In this document: piece after piece, positions 30,818-39,459 of the stretch
How the letters are laid out: each line of letters begins with the position of its first letter
How positions within the stretch are numbered: the stretch's first letter is position 1
Assembly (NCBI GenBank): GCA_016930255.1
Contig: JAFGHB010000005.1
Span: forward strand, 6,942 to 70,941
Direction of reading: 5' to 3'
Origin: Methanomicrobia archaeon
GTDB taxonomy: Archaea > Halobacteriota > Syntropharchaeia > Alkanophagales > Methanospirareceae
DNA length: 64,000 bases
Position numbers and translations under genes: made by a program
Notes under the pieces: generated by a model
Databases searched by the model: none
The model's input: only the letters and a program-made list of their open reading frames with translations
What the model was told of the DNA's origin: nothing

Positions 30818-31548
30818 AGAAAGTAGGAACACCGGACTACAGCACGTCGGACAAGTTAAAGACACATGTATCTGCACTGGGAACTGCGGCGAAGGAGATG
30901 CTCATACCGCTGAATATAACGACACACTACCCGCGGGAAAGGAAGAGGCAACCGGCCTGTTTCAGGGGCTATATGCTCTTTGATCCCGAGCGGTGCATCA
31001 GTTGTTTCCAATGCTCGTTTGTATGCCCAGCGAATGCGATCTGGATGAAAGAAGCGCCGAGCGGGCGATATTATCCGACGGTCGATTACGGTAAATGTAT
31101 CTTCTGCCATTTCTGCGTGGATTCGTGTCCGGGCAGTGCATTACGGACAACGAAGATCCACGACGTGGCGTACAAGACCATGGACGAGATGTTCACGAGC
31201 ACTGAAGAGCTGGTAGAACCGCCGAAGATAGTACGCGAGGACAAGGTGGTTGTGGACTACGTGATAGACCAGGAAGACCTCACGCTGAAACGCACGAAGG
31301 AAGTGGACGAGCTTATTGTGGAGGTTGAGCCAACCCCTGGGGTTCCACTGGTGAGTCAGTGTGTGGACCGAGGGAGCTGTATTGCGTGCAAGGTTTGCGA
31401 GCGAGTGTGCGAGAGCGGAGCGGTTTCGGCGGTTGTCGATGAGGCGACGATGACCGTGCAGATGAGTATAGATCAAGAGAAGTGCACCGGGTGCGGCTTA
31501 TGTGTTAAGGAATGCTCAATGCAGATTTTAAGTCTTGTTAGGAAGTGA
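30813..31548 (+). CDS. fqoI: subunit I (NuoI homolog, 2x[4Fe-4S]) with an extra C-terminal 2x[4Fe-4S] ferredoxin domain
   Basis: NuoI motifs CISCFQCSFVCP..CIFCHFCVDSCP, then CIACKVCERVCE..CTGCGLCVKEC. Start set at the ATG preceded by GGAGGA (4-bp overlap with fqoH) rather than the upstream track start at 30748. Confidence 0.7.
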
Positions 31549-31579
31549 AGGAAGAGGGGGAGAGAGGAGAAGAAAGAAG

Positions 31580-32614
31580 ATGGCAACAGAGAGTGAAGCT
31601 GAATGGGAAGTAAAGATCCCAGAGAAGAAGTTAAAAGATAGACTGTTCTTTGAGAACCTCAAGGCGACCGTGATAGACACGCAGATGTGCAGCCGGTGTT
31701 TGACCTGCGTCTCTATATGCCCGAGTAAGTTGATAGTAAACGAAGAGGACATCGTTGATTTCCCTGATTTCGAAGAGAAATGCCTTGACTGCGGTGCTTG
31801 CGTGCGCGTCTGTCCGCGATACGATTACAAGCCGAAGAGCGGCTTGGGCGATTACATTGAGTTCACGGCGGGGAAATCGAAGCGTTTCCAAGGCCAGGAC
31901 GGTGCGATGGCGACGGAATTCATCTTCTCCGCGATCGACATGGGCCTTATAGACCGTGGCATATTCGTTGACCGCGATGAACAGTGGCGAACGCACGTGT
32001 TCCACGTTCAGGCGAAGGAGCAGCTTGAGAAGCTGCCGTTGGGCGGCACGAAATACGTCTTTGCGGATGTTCTTCCGGAATTGAAGAAGGCCGTGATGTT
32101 AAGCAAGGTGGGCGTAGGTGTGGTTGGCACGCCCTGCATGGTCTCAGGGGTACGGAAACTACAGGAGGAGTTCCCCGTTTTCAAGGAGAAGGTGAAGCTC
32201 GTGGTGGGCTTGTTCTGCACCGAGAACTTCCATTATAATGAGGTCGCGAAATACCTTGAAGAGAAGGGTGTTGACTTCTCAAAGCTGGTCAAGACGGATA
32301 TCATGAAGGGTAAGTTCGTCGCGACCATGACGGATGACGAGGTAAAATTCAAGGTCAGTCAACTTTCGGATATACTGCCCAGTGGCTGCAATGTGTGTAC
32401 GGACTTCACCGCGGTGGAGAGCGACGTGAGCGTCGGCAGCGTCGGTAGTGCCCCGGGCTTCTCGACGACCGTGGTGAGAACCGAGGTGGCGAAGGAGGTC
32501 TGGGAGTACATCAAGAAGATGGGTAACGCCGAAGTCGGTGAGGGCAAAGTAGAGGAGCTCGATTATCTGATTGGCCATAAGAAGCAGCGGGAGAAGAATA
32601 TACCAGGACAGTAA
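31580..32614 (+). CDS. fqoF: F420H2-oxidising input subunit (FpoF/FqoF, FrhB family)
   Basis: N-terminal 2x[4Fe-4S] (CSRCLTCVSICP, CLDCGACVRVCP) followed by the FrhB/FpoF flavin/F420 domain (..GQDGAMATEFIFSAID.G.ID..., VGVVGTPCMVSGVRKLQ). Start set at the ATG after GAGGAG. Confidence 0.75.
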   Translation: MATESEAEWEVKIPEKKLKDRLFFENLKATVIDTQMCSRCLTCVSICPSKLIVNEEDIVDFPDFEEKCLDCGACVRVCPRYDYKPKSGLGDYIEFTAGKSKRFQGQDGAMATEFIFSAIDMGLIDRGIFVDRDEQWRTHVFHVQAKEQLEKLPLGGTKYVFADVLPELKKAVMLSKVGVGVVGTPCMVSGVRKLQEEFPVFKEKVKLVVGLFCTENFHYNEVAKYLEEKGVDFSKLVKTDIMKGKFVATMTDDEVKFKVSQLSDILPSGCNVCTDFTAVESDVSVGSVGSAPGFSTTVVRTEVAKEVWEYIKKMGNAEVGEGKVEELDYLIGHKKQREKNIPGQ

Positions 32615-32666
32615 CCCGCGGATCCACGATTAGAGAATAATCGGGAGCTTTTACACCGCCTTTGTG

Positions 32667-33509
32667 TCAAACGCTGGTCTCCTCTTCTTTCAAATTGCGT
32701 ACTTCGCCGAGATATGTGCCGTCCAGCAGGTACGCTTCCATCGTTTCCGTGCGGAGCAGTTTCGAGGCTACGGGACCTAATAGCTCGCCTTTCGCAGCGT
32801 TGAATGCGACACCGCCACAGAGCTCGTTAAATGCCGGCATGATGGTCACCCACGGCGCGTTCTCTTTAGTCAGCTCCAGCTTCGGATAGTGCTCCTTTAC
32901 CGCCTCTGGATCGCACTGCACACGGATCCAGACGGGCTTCATGCTCGAATGCCGCGAAACGGAGCTTACCAGCCGTATCCGTGGATGATTGTGCCCGATC
33001 AGGATATACGGTGCGGTAAACAGTTCTGGTGCGGGCCAGGAATGCCCGTGTGTATAGCCGACGTTATCGAAGAGGAATCCTTTGGGGGTTTTGACGATTA
33101 TTTCGTGTCTGGGGCTCCAATCCGGCTCTGCAACTTCGAGCAGTATTCTGTCGATGTAGCCGTCGTGGTTCCCTTTCACGATGTAGACCGGCGCATACTC
33201 TGCGAGCTGCGCCACGAAGAACGGCACTTCCTTTCGATCGGAATAGAGAATTTGCGGCACCGCGTGTTTCACATCGCCGAGCAGAATGATCACGTCTGGC
33301 TTCGCGGCTTTCACGCACGTGAGCGCGCGTTTCAGCAATTTCTCCGTCTGGCTGCCGATGTTGATGCCCTTCTGCCGGAAGGTGGCTTCGATGCCTAAAT
33401 GGAGATCGGCAATCACCAGTGCTTTATGGTCGTTCTCGACGACGAGTGCGGGCTCATCGATCAACGGTTTGAGCGTTGGCGTGGTGGTGGTAGGGGTAGT
33501 AGCGGTCAT
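32667..33509 (-). CDS. calcineurin-like metallophosphoesterase
   Basis: 280 aa; DLHLG, GD..H, GNHD, GHNH motifs; Thr/Pro-rich N-terminus. Confidence 0.7.
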   Translation of the reverse strand: MTATTPTTTTPTLKPLIDEPALVVENDHKALVIADLHLGIEATFRQKGINIGSQTEKLLKRALTCVKAAKPDVIILLGDVKHAVPQILYSDRKEVPFFVAQLAEYAPVYIVKGNHDGYIDRILLEVAEPDWSPRHEIIVKTPKGFLFDNVGYTHGHSWPAPELFTAPYILIGHNHPRIRLVSSVSRHSSMKPVWIRVQCDPEAVKEHYPKLELTKENAPWVTIMPAFNELCGGVAFNAAKGELLGPVASKLLRTETMEAYLLDGTYLGEVRNLKEEETSV

Positions 33510-33606
33510 CCTACTTGTAATTGTAACCTTGTATCTAAGAAAGAGTTTGAAAGGAACAGCGATTAAAAGTGAAAATGACTGGAGAGAAGTTTGATTTAAG
33601 TTCCTA

Positions 33607-34764
33607 GTGGTTATCTCTATCTATCTGTATGCAATGAGAGTCTTAAAACGAAAGCTGAAGCCGAAGGAAACAGAAACCGGTGAGAGGAAACGTGTGGGTG
33701 AGCTTTCGCTCGTGCCGGAATCGCTGGACGATTTATGGCATCTCAAGCACGTGATCGAAGCGGGCGATCTCGTCTATTCGCTGACGTATAGGAGAATGGA
33801 GGAGGCAACGGATAAGGTACGACCGGATAAGGTGGATAAGAAGCCCGTACGGTTGGGTGTCCGAACGGACGCCGTGGAATTCCATAAATTCTCACGCAGG
33901 CTGCGAATAAAAGGCGTGATTGAAGAAGGCCCGGAGAGCGAGCTGGGCGCGTATCATACCTTTAATATTGAGCCTGATGTGAAGCTGTCCGTGGTGAAGG
34001 CGTGGAAAGAGCACCAGTTGAAACGGTTGCGGGAAGCGGAGAAGGCGGTTGCTACCACCGAGGTGCTCGTCGTTACGGTAGAAGAGGGCGAGGCCGTAGC
34101 CGGCATTGTGAGACAGTACGGTGTAGACGAGCTCTTCTCGTTACGGTACGGCAGTGGCAAAGGCATGGAGCACGCAGGTGGCGGCAGTGGCAAGAGTGAC
34201 TTTTTTGGCGAGTTGCTGAAGCACCTTCAAAACTCGATGCAAACGACGAAGGCGGACGCGCTCATCATTGCGGGCCCGGGCTTTATCAAGGACGATTTCT
34301 TCACGTTCCTGAAAGAACGAGATACCGAGTTAGCGAAGAAAACGCGAATCGAGCAGACTTCTTCGATTGGTGTTTCAGGGTTTCTGGAAGTCTTGAAACG
34401 CGGCGCGGTGGAGCGGCTGAAGCATGAGGAACGGTTGACGAAAGAGGTGACGCTCTTGGATCGGTTGATGGCAGAGATAAGCAAGGATGAAGGTGTGAAG
34501 GCGGTGTACGGCAAGGACGAGGTAAGAAAGGCGCTGGAGTACGGCGCCGTGGAAACGTTAATGGTAAGCGACGAGAAGCTCATGAAGTCGCGGATCGAAG
34601 GCGCAGAACAGGAGAAGGAAGCCGAAGAGATTGACAAAATGCTCGAAGAAGCTGAACGGAAACGGGGCGAGGTCGTGATCTTCAGCACCGAGTTCGAGCC
34701 CGGCAAGCGGCTCAATGCCCTGGGCGGGATTGCCGCGCTGTTGCGGTTCGGGATAATAAGGTAA
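33607..34764 (+). CDS. pelA: mRNA surveillance protein Pelota (Dom34 homolog)
   Basis: 385 aa; eRF1-like three-domain architecture. Confidence 0.8.
   Translation: MVISIYLYAMRVLKRKLKPKETETGERKRVGELSLVPESLDDLWHLKHVIEAGDLVYSLTYRRMEEATDKVRPDKVDKKPVRLGVRTDAVEFHKFSRRLRIKGVIEEGPESELGAYHTFNIEPDVKLSVVKAWKEHQLKRLREAEKAVATTEVLVVTVEEGEAVAGIVRQYGVDELFSLRYGSGKGMEHAGGGSGKSDFFGELLKHLQNSMQTTKADALIIAGPGFIKDDFFTFLKERDTELAKKTRIEQTSSIGVSGFLEVLKRGAVERLKHEERLTKEVTLLDRLMAEISKDEGVKAVYGKDEVRKALEYGAVETLMVSDEKLMKSRIEGAEQEKEAEEIDKMLEEAERKRGEVVIFSTEFEPGKRLNALGGIAALLRFGIIR
34675..34755. repeat. direct repeat copy 1 (last 27 codons of pelota)
   Basis: 81 bp, 76/81 identical to 35518..35598; all 5 differences are synonymous in the pelota frame. 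Confidence 0.9.
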
Positions 34765-35004
34765 CTCGCATCATTGCTTTCGATTTTGATTGGACTAGAT
34801 GGAAGGACGAGCACCCCAAAACGTTCTTCTTCGCTTAGAATTGTACGTGTACCGCTATATTACAAGGGCCACATCAGAAACTTCTTATTTCGCAAGACTA
34901 TGAAGCGATGGTAAAATGTCAAAAAAGTATAATAAGCTAAAATTGCTATAGATAAAAGTTTAGCTGAAAGATGTGCCATATTTTTAAGGGGGAATAGTCG
35001 GAAG

Positions 35005-35472
35005 ATGATATGGAAGCTGTTTAAACCAAATATTGAACGGCTGAAAGAAAAAGGGAACATTAATCGATTAATCAGGACACTCGGATACAATGATAGCGAG
35101 TTACGTAGAAGAGCAACTTTTGCTTTAGTACAGTTACTCGGTGAGGAAGATGTTGAGTCGCGTAAAAAGGTGATTCTTGCCATGGAAGAGACTATCACTC
35201 GTGTTGGAGATAAAGATCTAATTGACATCGTTCGACGAATTAAAAGTCAGATAATTGATGGAGAGAGTAATCGGTGCTTTTACTGCGGAAAGATAGTAAC
35301 TTACACCAACGGTAGACGTTGTAGTTTTTGTAAATTAATGGTCTGTGATGACCACACCCTACCCGAAACACATGGGTGTAGAGGGGAAAACAAACCGCCA
35401 GTGGGCATCGCCTATACTCAAGATGGAAAAGCACATGCACAAGAAGGGCGGCGTTACGGAAAGAGTTTTTAG
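35005..35472 (+). CDS. helical-repeat protein with C-terminal AN1-type zinc finger
   Basis: 155 aa; C-x2-C-x10-C-x2-C-x4-C-x2-H-x5-H-x-C (CFYCGK..CSFCKLMVCDDHTLPETHGC); sits in the AT-rich insert between the pelota 3'-end repeats. Confidence 0.5.
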   Translation: MIWKLFKPNIERLKEKGNINRLIRTLGYNDSELRRRATFALVQLLGEEDVESRKKVILAMEETITRVGDKDLIDIVRRIKSQIIDGESNRCFYCGKIVTYTNGRRCSFCKLMVCDDHTLPETHGCRGENKPPVGIAYTQDGKAHAQEGRRYGKSF

Positions 35473-35517
35473 CTGGCCATTGATAAACTTACATTCCAAA
35501 CAAATAAAGAAGAAATG

Positions 35518-35598
35518 GTGATCTTTAGCACCGAGTTCGAGCCCGGCAAGCGGCTCAATGCGCTCGGCGGGATTGCTGCGCTGCTGCGGTTCGGGATA
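35518..35598. repeat. direct repeat copy 2 (orphan pelota 3' end, preceded by ATG at 35515)
   Basis: Encodes VIFSTEFEPGKRLNALGGIAALLRFGI*; lies 760 bp downstream of copy 1, after an AT-rich insert. Confidence 0.9.
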
Positions 35599-35796
35599 TA
35601 AACAGCTAGTGTCTGCCCACGCACGTCGCATATTATGTCGAGAAGCTCTAATTTGCATTCATTTGTTATTCATTCGTTCCTCTCTCCTTTCCTAATCGCC
35701 TCATTTTTGTCTTATTCTGGTAGGAACCCGTATAAACAATTCCCCGCCTAAATGAGGGATAATTTTATATTAAGGGAGCGCTAAGCTGTTTGTTGG

Positions 35797-37566
35797 ATGA
35801 CACTACGAAAGCGGACTCTGCTCATTGTAACCGTGACCCTCGCGGCGTTGATGGTGATTCTTTACGCCGTGGTGGGCGTCACCTTCATGAATAGCATGCT
35901 CGAACTCGAGGAACAGGATACACGCCAGAACGCCGAGAAAGTGCTGAACATCTTGGCCGATGAGTTCGTGGAATTGGACGCGACCACGTGGGATTGGGCT
36001 TCGTGGGACGACACGTATGCCTTTATTGAGGATGGCGATGAGGAGTATCTCAGCTCGAACCTCGTCGATGGAACGTTCATTACATTGCGAACCAATCTCA
36101 TGCTGTTCATCAACTCGTCCGGCCAGATCGTTTATGGCAAAGCGTTTGATCTAGAGAATGAGACCGAAGTTCCGCTTCCGGCTGGTATCCACGCGCATCT
36201 CGCTCCCGACTCGCCGCTTATGCAGCATGACGATGTCGAGAGCAACGTCACAGGGATTATTATGCTCCCTGAAGGTCCCCTGTTCGTTGCAGCCCGTCCT
36301 ATCCTGACCAGTGATGACGAAGGGCCGATCCGAGGCGTGTTGCTTATGGGACGCTACCTCGATGCCACGGAAATTGAGTATCTGGCTGAGATATCGCACT
36401 TGCCCCTCACCCTGCAGCTCTTAACGGACGAGCAGTTGCCGCCTGAGTTTCAGGCGGTGCAGAACTCCATGCCTGAAGACGAAGAATCGCCTGTTCTTGT
36501 CCAACCGCTGGACGAGCAGACCATTGCGGGCTACGTCCTCTTACGCGACATATACGGGACTCCCGCGTTTGCGTTGCGAGCGGATATGTCACGGGATATC
36601 TACGCGCATGGTCAAGCAGCCATGCGTTATTTCCTCGGGTTTATTCTGACTGTTGGGCTCGTGTTCAGCGTGCTGATTCTGGTGCTCTTAGAGGTCCTGG
36701 TCCTTTCGCCGTTGAGTCAACTCAGCAAGAGTGTCGAGGGGATTAGCGCACGCAGTGACCCGTCGGCACGTGTGCCGCAAGTAGGAAAGGACGAATTGGT
36801 GACGCTTTCGGATACGATCAATAGCATGCTGGCGTCGTTGGAGCAGTCGCAAACGGCACTCCGCGGGTCTGAAGAGCAGTATCGAATGAAGAACAGAGAG
36901 CTCGAACGGTTTACCTATACGGTCTCTCACGACCTGCGCTCACCGCTCGTTACCATCCAGGGCTTCGCCAATCTGCTCCAGAAGGATTTGAATGCGGAAA
37001 ACCGGGAGAAAGCGGTGGAAGATCTGCGGTATATCATAAAGGCCACGGACAAGATGGACACGCTTCTGACTGACACCCTGAAACTCTCCCGGATCGGTCG
37101 AAGCGCGAATCCGCCCGAGTATGTGCCGTTCGGCGCGATCGTGCAGGATGCCTTAGCGCAGACCGCTGGCGCACTACAGGCACATAACAGTGCGGTCTCG
37201 GTTGCCGACGATTTCCCTATTGTGCACATCGATCGGATGCGGATCGAGGAACTGCTGGTGAATCTGATCACGAACTGCATCAAATACCGGAACGAGCAGC
37301 AGCCGGAACCGAAGATAGAGATCGGCTATCGTCGGGGGGCTGGCGAGGAGATCGTCTTCTTCGTGAAAGATAACGGTATCGGCATAGCGGAGAGCGAGCA
37401 GGAGAAGGTCTTCGAGCTCTTTTACCAGGTGGATAAGGAGAACGAAGGGACGGGTGCGGGGTTAGCAATCGCGAAACGAATCGTCGAGGTGCACGGCGGT
37501 CGGATCTGGATTGAATCGGAGCCAGGAAACGGGTGCACGGTCTGTTTCACGCTGCCCGTGCAATAA
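35797..37566 (+). CDS. sensor histidine kinase with extracytoplasmic CHASE4-like domain
   Basis: 589 aa; TM1 then a ~250-aa extracytoplasmic domain, TM2, HisKA H-box (ERFTYTVSHDLRSPL) and a HATPase_c domain (DNGIGI...GTGAGLAI). Confidence 0.75.
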   Translation: MTLRKRTLLIVTVTLAALMVILYAVVGVTFMNSMLELEEQDTRQNAEKVLNILADEFVELDATTWDWASWDDTYAFIEDGDEEYLSSNLVDGTFITLRTNLMLFINSSGQIVYGKAFDLENETEVPLPAGIHAHLAPDSPLMQHDDVESNVTGIIMLPEGPLFVAARPILTSDDEGPIRGVLLMGRYLDATEIEYLAEISHLPLTLQLLTDEQLPPEFQAVQNSMPEDEESPVLVQPLDEQTIAGYVLLRDIYGTPAFALRADMSRDIYAHGQAAMRYFLGFILTVGLVFSVLILVLLEVLVLSPLSQLSKSVEGISARSDPSARVPQVGKDELVTLSDTINSMLASLEQSQTALRGSEEQYRMKNRELERFTYTVSHDLRSPLVTIQGFANLLQKDLNAENREKAVEDLRYIIKATDKMDTLLTDTLKLSRIGRSANPPEYVPFGAIVQDALAQTAGALQAHNSAVSVADDFPIVHIDRMRIEELLVNLITNCIKYRNEQQPEPKIEIGYRRGAGEEIVFFVKDNGIGIAESEQEKVFELFYQVDKENEGTGAGLAIAKRIVEVHGGRIWIESEPGNGCTVCFTLPVQ

Positions 37567-37574
37567 ATTACTGT

Positions 37575-37792
37575 CATTCTGCTTGTTCTACTATTTTTAT
37601 TTCTTCCTCCGTCAATCCGTACAGCTCGTACACCAGCCGGTCAATCTGCACATCAACACTCTTTATCTGCCGTTCAAAAAGCTCTTTATCTCGCTCAATT
37701 CTCGCCTCGTGGTATTTCTTCTGGAGTTCGAGCATGTTCTCTACTAAGGAAACGAGTTTATCGTGCTGCGCTTTTTTGCGGTCTTATTTTTT
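37575..37792 (-). pseudogene. 3'-terminal remnant A of an N6-adenine DNA methyltransferase / type IIG RM (TaqI_C-like tail)
   Basis: Minus-strand reading ...KLVSLVENMLELQKKYHEARIERDKELFERQIKSVDVQIDRLVYELYGLTEEEIKIVEQAE*. This is the characteristic C-terminal tail of Eco57I/PglX-type methyltransferases; no upstream catalytic region is present. Confidence 0.55.
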
Positions 37793-37919
37793 GTAATTTC
37801 ACTTATTACCGTTTTTAGCTTTCTTAACCACGCTTTCCAGTACAGGATCCGGTTCTATCTCAACAGGTTCATTGGAACTTTTCGTTTCCGGCTTTTTCTC
37901 CTTTTCCTTCTCCATTTTC

Positions 37920-38381
37920 TCAACCTCCTATAATACTTAAAATTAAACTGATCAGCCCTATGAACATTAAAACGAGGGAACAATTAATATATTCAGCTTT
38001 CTTCTCTATTTTATTTTTGTTATGCTCGAAGGACTGGATATAGTTATCGATGAGTTGCTTCCTTACCTTTTTACCGTTCTCTCTCAGGTATTTTTCAGTG
38101 AGTCCCCTCGGTTTTGGATCTTTTCTGTAGCCTTCGACTTTGTATGCTGAGAACGATAAGAAAATGGATATCATAAACAAAGTCATACTTGAGCCAAATA
38201 GATATGAATTGCTTTGCGAATATAACTGTAACGATATTCCGATTATCACGCCAACAAATCCAATAATGACACTTGCCTTTGTATCGAGACTGTCAATCGA
38301 CTGAAACTGCGTATTCAATGCATCTTTCACTTCGTTATAGATTAATTCAAGTGTTTCAGGGGGATAAGTATCTTCATTCAT
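37920..38381 (-). CDS. small membrane protein (2-3 TM), hypothetical
   Basis: 153 aa; AT-rich codon usage unlike the neighbourhood; start overlaps the stop of remnant B (TGAATG). Confidence 0.5.
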   Translation of the reverse strand: MNEDTYPPETLELIYNEVKDALNTQFQSIDSLDTKASVIIGFVGVIIGISLQLYSQSNSYLFGSSMTLFMISIFLSFSAYKVEGYRKDPKPRGLTEKYLRENGKKVRKQLIDNYIQSFEHNKNKIEKKAEYINCSLVLMFIGLISLILSIIGG

Positions 38382-38560
38382 TTTAAGCCACCTTCCACCA
38401 CCTTTATCTCATTCTCCGTCAGCCCATACAGCTCGTAAACCAGTTTATCGATCTGCGCGTCAACGATTTTAATCTGCCGTTCAAAAAGCTCTTTATCTCT
38501 GTCCATCCTTGCCTCGTGATATTTCGTCAAGTATGTTCTCCACTAAAGAAACGAGTCCCT
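38382..38560 (-). pseudogene. 3'-terminal remnant B of the same methyltransferase tail, frameshifted
   Basis: Encodes ..KGLVSLVENILDEI / (frame change) / MDRDKELFERQIKIVDAQIDKLVYELYGLTENEIKVVEGGLK*. ~80% nt identity to remnant A, with an 8-9 nt deletion. Confidence 0.5.
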
Positions 38561-39017
38561 TAACCTTTATTTTGGTTTGCCCTTTTGTGTAGCTCATTCA
38601 CCCTATTTCAACCTTCATTTCTTGAATAACTTATAACTTTCGCATTATATCCATTTTTACACGCATACTCCTTTCTAACACCATCAAGAGGAGCAGGTGC
38701 ACGTAAGATGACTCACTCTGATTTTGAGATCATTTAAAGCTAAAATTTCTCTTAAAAACCTCTTTTCCCTAGTTGATGTTTTTCTGCGCCACCCAGATAT
38801 CGCAGACCACCCTGACATCTGTATCCCTTGTACTCAAGAACACTTCTTCGCATTCAACACCAACCAGCTTGCCCACTACCCGTACTCAAAACCCTTCGCT
38901 TCAAATATCCTCCCATTCCGGCTCTTTAATTTCGATCTACAGCCCGCAGCCGATAGACCATCGAAGCCTTCGCTTCGTAGTCCTTCTTCCTGTATGCAGC
39001 GATCTCTAATTACCTAC

Positions 39018-39164
39018 CTACGGTCCGGCAGGTATTTGAGCCAGTGGAAGTTGCTCACCGAAATATCCCGCGTTCGCTGCGACGAAGGTGATTACCACAA
39101 TAATCACAGCGATGACTACCAAGAGCCGGAACAATGGGTTGTCATAAATTGACCCTTCCGCCAT
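39018..39164 (-). CDS. candidate 48-aa single-TM small protein (not in ORF track)
   Basis: MAEGSIYDNPLFRLLVVIAVIIVVITFVAANAGYFGEQLPLAQIPAGP*. An SD-like GGAGAGGGGGGU lies 7 nt upstream and a TTTTTATATG box ~55 nt upstream on the minus strand. Confidence 0.3.
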   Translation of the reverse strand: MAEGSIYDNPLFRLLVVIAVIIVVITFVAANAGYFGEQLPLAQIPAGP

Positions 39165-39399
39165 GTTCGCAATTACCCCCTCTCCTCTCCTCTTCTCACC
39201 TTAGTTCAGTTCTCGAGCAGTAGAAGTTGATTGTTTGTAAGCATATAAAAAGTTTTCTGTATTTTTACCTATAGGAATAGCTATTGTTTACTGCCATGTG
39301 TTTATAGTATACCCTACGTAGCGGAAGAAGTAGAAACTCGAAGCGGCTGGCTGTGAAGAACAAATGAACGAACGAAAAACGTGTGCGGAAGAAAGGGAG

Positions 39400-39440
39400 A
39401 AATGGAAATAAAAAAGAAAAAAAGAAAAAAGAGAACTCAG
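39400..39440 (-). terminator. oligo-T terminator downstream of the hdr operon
   Basis: A-rich on plus (aaaaaagaaaaaaagaaaaaag), so a U-tract on the minus-strand transcript 20-60 nt after the HdrA stop. Confidence 0.5.
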
Positions 39441-39459
39441 TGGGTTGCGTTTAGTTAAA

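Noticed and set aside
38724-39152. 142-aa plus-strand ORF in the AT-rich stretch upstream of hdrA
   Set aside because: No RBS or promoter and a compositionally odd translation. The opposite strand carries a better-supported small ORF with TATA + SD (39018..39164).
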